From Thermodesulfobacteriota bacterium (GTDB lineage: Bacteria; Desulfobacterota; Binatia; Bin18), in NCBI GenBank assembly GCA_964291405.2, contig OZ219926.1, positions 2,848,001 to 2,912,000 on the forward strand: a DNA stretch of 64,000 nt, written 5' to 3'. This document shows, one piece after another, positions 59,819 through 64,000 of the stretch. Numbering within the stretch: position 1 is the first letter of the stretch; each line of letters begins with the position of its first letter. A model generated the notes under the pieces. That model was not told the DNA's origin. It saw nothing but the letters and a program-made list of their open reading frames with translations, and searched no databases. The position numbers and the translations under genes were made by a program.

Positions 59819-60733
59819 CTAGCCGACGAAGCGGCTGAGCAGGAGACCGACAATCAGCAGGGCGCCGTATTCGAGGTGCAGCTTTGCCGTCTGCTCGTCT
59901 ATACCGAGCAGTTCGTCTTCTTGAAACACGCGCCGCACCGCCGGAATCGCCAGCCGAACGGATAAAAACGTCAGCACAATCGACCACGGCGCATAGCCGG
60001 AAAAGACGAGGAGCCCGGTCAGGATGAACGCGCCATAGATCAAGACGGCGAGTTCCCAGTTGGCCGCGCGACGCCCGACCAGCGTCGCCAGCGTATTTTT
60101 GCCGTGGGAGGTGTCGGCCTCAATGTCTCGGATATTATTGGCCTGTAAAATGGCGGCAACCAGACAGCCGACCGGCAGCGAGATCAGCACCGGAGCCAGG
60201 GCAAACGCCTCACGCTGGACATAATAGGCGCCGATAATAATCACCGTTCCCATGAAGACAAACACGGTGGCTTCACCCAGCGCAATATAAGCGAGCGAGA
60301 GCGGCCTGGCCGTATAAAAATACCCGGCCAGCACGCTGGCCACACCCAGGGCGAGAATGGGCCAGCCACACAGCCAGACCAGCGCCAGACCGAAGACACT
60401 GCCAAGGACAAAGGCGATAATCCCGCCCCAATACATTTCGTCGGGCGAGAGCAATTGGCGCGGCAGGACCTGACTGCCGCTCTGGGATGCCAGCGTATCC
60501 ACGCCGCTTTGATGGTCGTAGTAGTCGTTGACCATATTGGTCCCAATATGAATAAAGAGCGCGCCACACAGCGCCACAAAAAAGCGTCCCCAGGAAAAAG
60601 GGCCGTCCAGCGCGCCCAAGACCGATCCGATCACCACGGGCGTCACAGAAGCGGTGAACGAAAAGGGACGAGAGGCTTCAATCCAGACTTTAAGTCGGCT
60701 TGGGGCCGGACCGCTCGGCAGGGCATGCTCCAT
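59819..60733 (-). CDS. menA: 1,4-dihydroxy-2-naphthoate prenyltransferase (UbiA family)
   Basis: NDYYD...GVD, NNIRDIEAD, GKNTLA. Confidence 0.85.
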   Translation of the reverse strand: MEHALPSGPAPSRLKVWIEASRPFSFTASVTPVVIGSVLGALDGPFSWGRFFVALCGALFIHIGTNMVNDYYDHQSGVDTLASQSGSQVLPRQLLSPDEMYWGGIIAFVLGSVFGLALVWLCGWPILALGVASVLAGYFYTARPLSLAYIALGEATVFVFMGTVIIIGAYYVQREAFALAPVLISLPVGCLVAAILQANNIRDIEADTSHGKNTLATLVGRRAANWELAVLIYGAFILTGLLVFSGYAPWSIVLTFLSVRLAIPAVRRVFQEDELLGIDEQTAKLHLEYGALLIVGLLLSRFVG

Positions 60734-60896
60734 AGGTCGGTCTCCTTTCGCCCGCATTATGGACCAGCCGCGGGGAAACAGTAAAGGGGAAAAGCGCGGC
60801 GTACCTCTCTTGCCTTCAACGGTCCAAACACGCTACACCCTCTCCGAGCGCGGCAGGCGTAAAGCCTGTCCTGAGCCTAGTCGAAGGGGAGGAGCC

Positions 60897-61346
60897 ATGG
60901 CAGAGGACAGCCCACCACTTGGCCGGCTGGATCACGTCGGCATTGCAGTGCGCAGCATCGAACAGGCGCGGACGTTTTTTGAGGGGATACTCGGGGCAAA
61001 GTTCGTGTTTGAACGTGTTGAGCGCAGCGGCACGTTTCGCTTTATGGTTTTTGACCTCCAGGGCTTCACGATCGAACTCCTGGAGCCGATCGATCCGGAT
61101 GGCTTTCTCGCCAAATTCCTCGAAAAGCGGGGTGAGGGCATACATCATATCACGCTCCAAACCCCGGACCTCAAAGAAAAAGTTTCGTTTCTCGAAGGCA
61201 AAGGGGTGCGTGTGGTCGATAAGCATCTGGACGAGTCGGATTTCCGTGACGCCTTTATCTCGCCGAAAAGCGCGTGTGGCGTGCTGTTTCAACTCAGTGA
61301 CACCAAACCACCGCTCGATACCGAGCCGTATTGGGAAAAAGAGTAA
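60897..61346 (+). CDS. VOC protein, methylmalonyl-CoA epimerase-like
   Basis: LDHVGIAV, IELLEP, FLEKRGEGIHHI. Confidence 0.8.
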   Translation: MAEDSPPLGRLDHVGIAVRSIEQARTFFEGILGAKFVFERVERSGTFRFMVFDLQGFTIELLEPIDPDGFLAKFLEKRGEGIHHITLQTPDLKEKVSFLEGKGVRVVDKHLDESDFRDAFISPKSACGVLFQLSDTKPPLDTEPYWEKE

Positions 61347-61402
61347 ACGTATCCTCCAATACCCACTGAGATGTTGATACGTTTACTCTTTCAAGGAAAA
61401 TT

Positions 61403-61459
61403 GTAGGGGCAACCCCCCGTGGTTGCCCTGTTTGGGCAGGCACAGGAGCCTGCCCCTAC
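61403..61459. repeat. REP doublet (GTAG-type)
   Basis: GTAGGGGCAACC...GGTTGCCC and GGGCAGGC...GCCTGCCCCTAC in inverted arrangement. Confidence 0.7.
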
Positions 61460-61465
61460 CCGGTT

Positions 61466-63589
61466 ATGAACGTCAAACGCGCCTTGATTCTGACCCCCCT
61501 GATACTGCTTGTGCTCTTGTTGCAGTCGTACTTCTGGGTGCCGAGCTATGAAAAGCAGTCGGTGGGCAATCCGGCCCGGCTGCGCACCTATATCGAGGGG
61601 TCTATTGCCGACGCCAAGATTCTGAATCCCATTCTGAACGCGGATGGGGCGAGCAGCCGCATTACGGATTTCGTCTTCGACGGCCTGCTCGATATGGACG
61701 AAAACCTGAACCTGCGCGGCCGGCTGGCGACTGACTGGTCGATTACCGAAAAAGCCTACCTGCTTGCCCGGCCCGAGATGACCCTGCCGGACGGGAGCCC
61801 TGCGACTGGGGAGCGGCTGATTGAGGTCCTCTCCCAGGCGCAGGCGAACGGCAGCCTGCCCGAACTGGACGGCCTGCTCCTCTCTTTCCAACTCCTGCCT
61901 GCCGAGGAAAAAAACGAGACGCTCACCCTTGTGGAACCGGACGCCCAGGGAAACCCGTCTCCAACCCCGGTTGAGGTGACGATTCGGACTCCGCAGCGGG
62001 TCGAGTTCATCCTCAGCAGGGTGGACCAGGACTTCTTTACGCGCCTGACCCCGCTCCTGGGTGCAGCCTATTTCCAGGATTTCCCCTACGCCGATCACAT
62101 CACGCTTGCCGATGCCGCCCTGCGCGAGAAAGTGCAGCCGCAGTTTCCGGCATTATTGCCCGTGGCGGAGCATAACCCGATCATTTTGTTTCATTTGCGA
62201 CAGGACGCCCGCTTTCATGACGGCCATCCGTTCGACGCCGGCGATGTCAAGTTCACGTATGAAGCCATTATGAACCCGCGCAATATCTCACCCCGGACCT
62301 CGGACTATGAGCCGATTAAACGGATTGACATTCTCGATCCCCATACGGTCCAAGTCACCTATAAGCGCCTGTATTCGCCGGCCATTAACGCCTGGATGAT
62401 GGGAATTCTGCCCGAGCATTTGCTGAATGAGGCGGCAATGGAAAAAGAAATGGCCGAGCGCGGGCTGTCGGACGCGGCACGCGCCAGTTTTGGAATGCGC
62501 GACAGCCAGTTTAACCGTCAGCCGCTCGGGACCGGTCCCTTCCGGTTTGTCGAGTGGCAGGGAGATGAGTTTATCCATCTCGTTCGTAACGAAGATTACT
62601 GGGAGCGTGCCCCCGAGTACGAACACTATTATTTCCGCGTCATCCCCGAGCTGCTGACCCAAGAGGTTGAATTCAAGAGTGGCGCCATCGACGCCTACGG
62701 CGTGCAGCCGCACCAGGTGGCCCGATACAAACACGAGGAAGCGTATCAGTCGTTTTCCAGCCTGGGCTTTGGCTATTCCTATATCGGCTATAATAATCGC
62801 AACCCCTTATTTGCCGATAAGCGGGTGCGGCGCGCCCTGGGCATGGCCATTAATGTCGATGAGATCATTACCTATCTGCTGTACGGAGAAGGCGAGCAGA
62901 TCACCGGGCCCTACCCGCGTCAGACCGAGTGGTATAACCCGACGATTCCTCCCATCCCGTATGACCCGGAGGGCGCGCAACGCCTGCTCGAAGAAGTGGG
63001 CTGGCAACGCAATAGCGAGGGCTGGCTGGAGAAAGACGGGCAGGTGTTTGAATTCAATCTCATCACCAACAACGGTAACCTGATCCGTGCCAATATCATG
63101 ACCATCGCTCAGGACGCCTGGAAAAATATCGGGGTCAAATGCAATACCCAGGTCTTTGAGTGGGCGGTTTTCCTCAAGGACTTCGTCAATACCGGCTCGT
63201 TTGACGCGGTTGTCCTGGGCTGGAGTATGGGCATCGATCCCGACCTGTATCAAATTTTTCACTCCAGTCAGGCCGGGCCCCAGCAGTTGAATTTTGTCGG
63301 CTATACCAGCGCAGAGGCAGACGCGCTGATCGTCCGTATCCGCCAGGAGTATGACCTCGACCAACAGCGCGCCCTGTCCCATCGCCTGCACCAGGTGATT
63401 GCCGAAGACCAACCCTACACCTTTCTGTACGTCGGGCTGGCAACTCGCGTCCTGGACAAAAAAATTGTCCTGGTCGAAAGAGCGACCGACGGTCGTGAGC
63501 GCTATGAAAAAATCTACCCCACCAAAAGCGGCAGCATTGCCTTTTATTTCAACAAGTGGCGTAAACTCGAATTTACGCCCGACTTTTAA
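61466..63589 (+). CDS. Peptide ABC transporter substrate-binding protein (family 5)
   Basis: LNPIL, FHDG..FDAGDVKFT, GTGPF, N..YW. Confidence 0.9.
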   Translation: MNVKRALILTPLILLVLLLQSYFWVPSYEKQSVGNPARLRTYIEGSIADAKILNPILNADGASSRITDFVFDGLLDMDENLNLRGRLATDWSITEKAYLLARPEMTLPDGSPATGERLIEVLSQAQANGSLPELDGLLLSFQLLPAEEKNETLTLVEPDAQGNPSPTPVEVTIRTPQRVEFILSRVDQDFFTRLTPLLGAAYFQDFPYADHITLADAALREKVQPQFPALLPVAEHNPIILFHLRQDARFHDGHPFDAGDVKFTYEAIMNPRNISPRTSDYEPIKRIDILDPHTVQVTYKRLYSPAINAWMMGILPEHLLNEAAMEKEMAERGLSDAARASFGMRDSQFNRQPLGTGPFRFVEWQGDEFIHLVRNEDYWERAPEYEHYYFRVIPELLTQEVEFKSGAIDAYGVQPHQVARYKHEEAYQSFSSLGFGYSYIGYNNRNPLFADKRVRRALGMAINVDEIITYLLYGEGEQITGPYPRQTEWYNPTIPPIPYDPEGAQRLLEEVGWQRNSEGWLEKDGQVFEFNLITNNGNLIRANIMTIAQDAWKNIGVKCNTQVFEWAVFLKDFVNTGSFDAVVLGWSMGIDPDLYQIFHSSQAGPQQLNFVGYTSAEADALIVRIRQEYDLDQQRALSHRLHQVIAEDQPYTFLYVGLATRVLDKKIVLVERATDGRERYEKIYPTKSGSIAFYFNKWRKLEFTPDF

Positions 63590-63609
63590 GACAGACGGCT
63601 GAGACAACC

Positions 63610-64000
63610 ATGTGGGTTTTTCTGTTGCGTGCCATTCTCCAACGCCTGGTTCTGCTGGTCGTCATTTCGATGATCGCCTTCTCGATCGTCCATCTCGCGC
63701 CCGGTGAACCCAGCGAGGTCGATCCCGCCAACCCGCGCATGAAACCCGAGGACATCGCACGCATTCGTGCCGCCTTCCATTTGGACGAACCCCTGTCCGT
63801 GCAGTACGTTTACTGGCTGCGCGACCTGGCAACCGGCGAGCTGAAATCATTTAAGGACAGCCAGCCGGTGCTGCCAAAAATCTGGCGCCGGTTTCTCAAC
63901 TCCCTGCCGCTCTTCATTTGTGCCACGCTGATTGTGTGGAGCCTGTCCTTTCCGACCGGCATTCAGGCCGCCATCCAGCGCGGCTCTCCATTTGATCGCA
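63610..64000 (+). CDS. Peptide ABC transporter permease (partial, runs off the window)
   Basis: MWVFLLRAILQRL...HLAPGEP...LDEPLSVQYVYWL (OppB-like). Confidence 0.85.
   Translation, partial: MWVFLLRAILQRLVLLVVISMIAFSIVHLAPGEPSEVDPANPRMKPEDIARIRAAFHLDEPLSVQYVYWLRDLATGELKSFKDSQPVLPKIWRRFLNSLPLFICATLIVWSLSFPTGIQAAIQRGSPFDR

Overview
GC-rich bacterial window; the gene content suggests an uncultured deltaproteobacterium-like organism (inference). 1-15.6 kb is a bacterial sterol cluster that runs off the left edge. It contains the C-terminus of an ERG24/DHCR7-type reductase, CYP51, a squalene epoxidase-oxidosqualene cyclase fusion with atypical product-determining residues, an EBP-like isomerase, a sterol C-24 methyltransferase, an SdmA/SdmB-like Rieske + SDR pair, a frameshifted COG2907 flavoprotein, a Neverland/KshA-like Rieske protein, a second divergent CYP51-like P450, and a thiolase/DUF35 pair. 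Next come a moxR-bat operon, an NAD-linked formate dehydrogenase, AOR with a MobA-MoaD fusion, purD/purH, thiSGE and tRNA-Thr(CGT). After the tRNA lies a decayed island: four toxin-antitoxin modules that have all lost their toxins, plus remnants associated with DNA phosphorothioation. At 51.5-52.05 kb, two divergent predicted non-coding transcripts are complementary to each other in three blocks, a candidate undescribed sRNA system. The rest is housekeeping and metabolic genes. All calls are from motif recognition by eye; no database searches were run.
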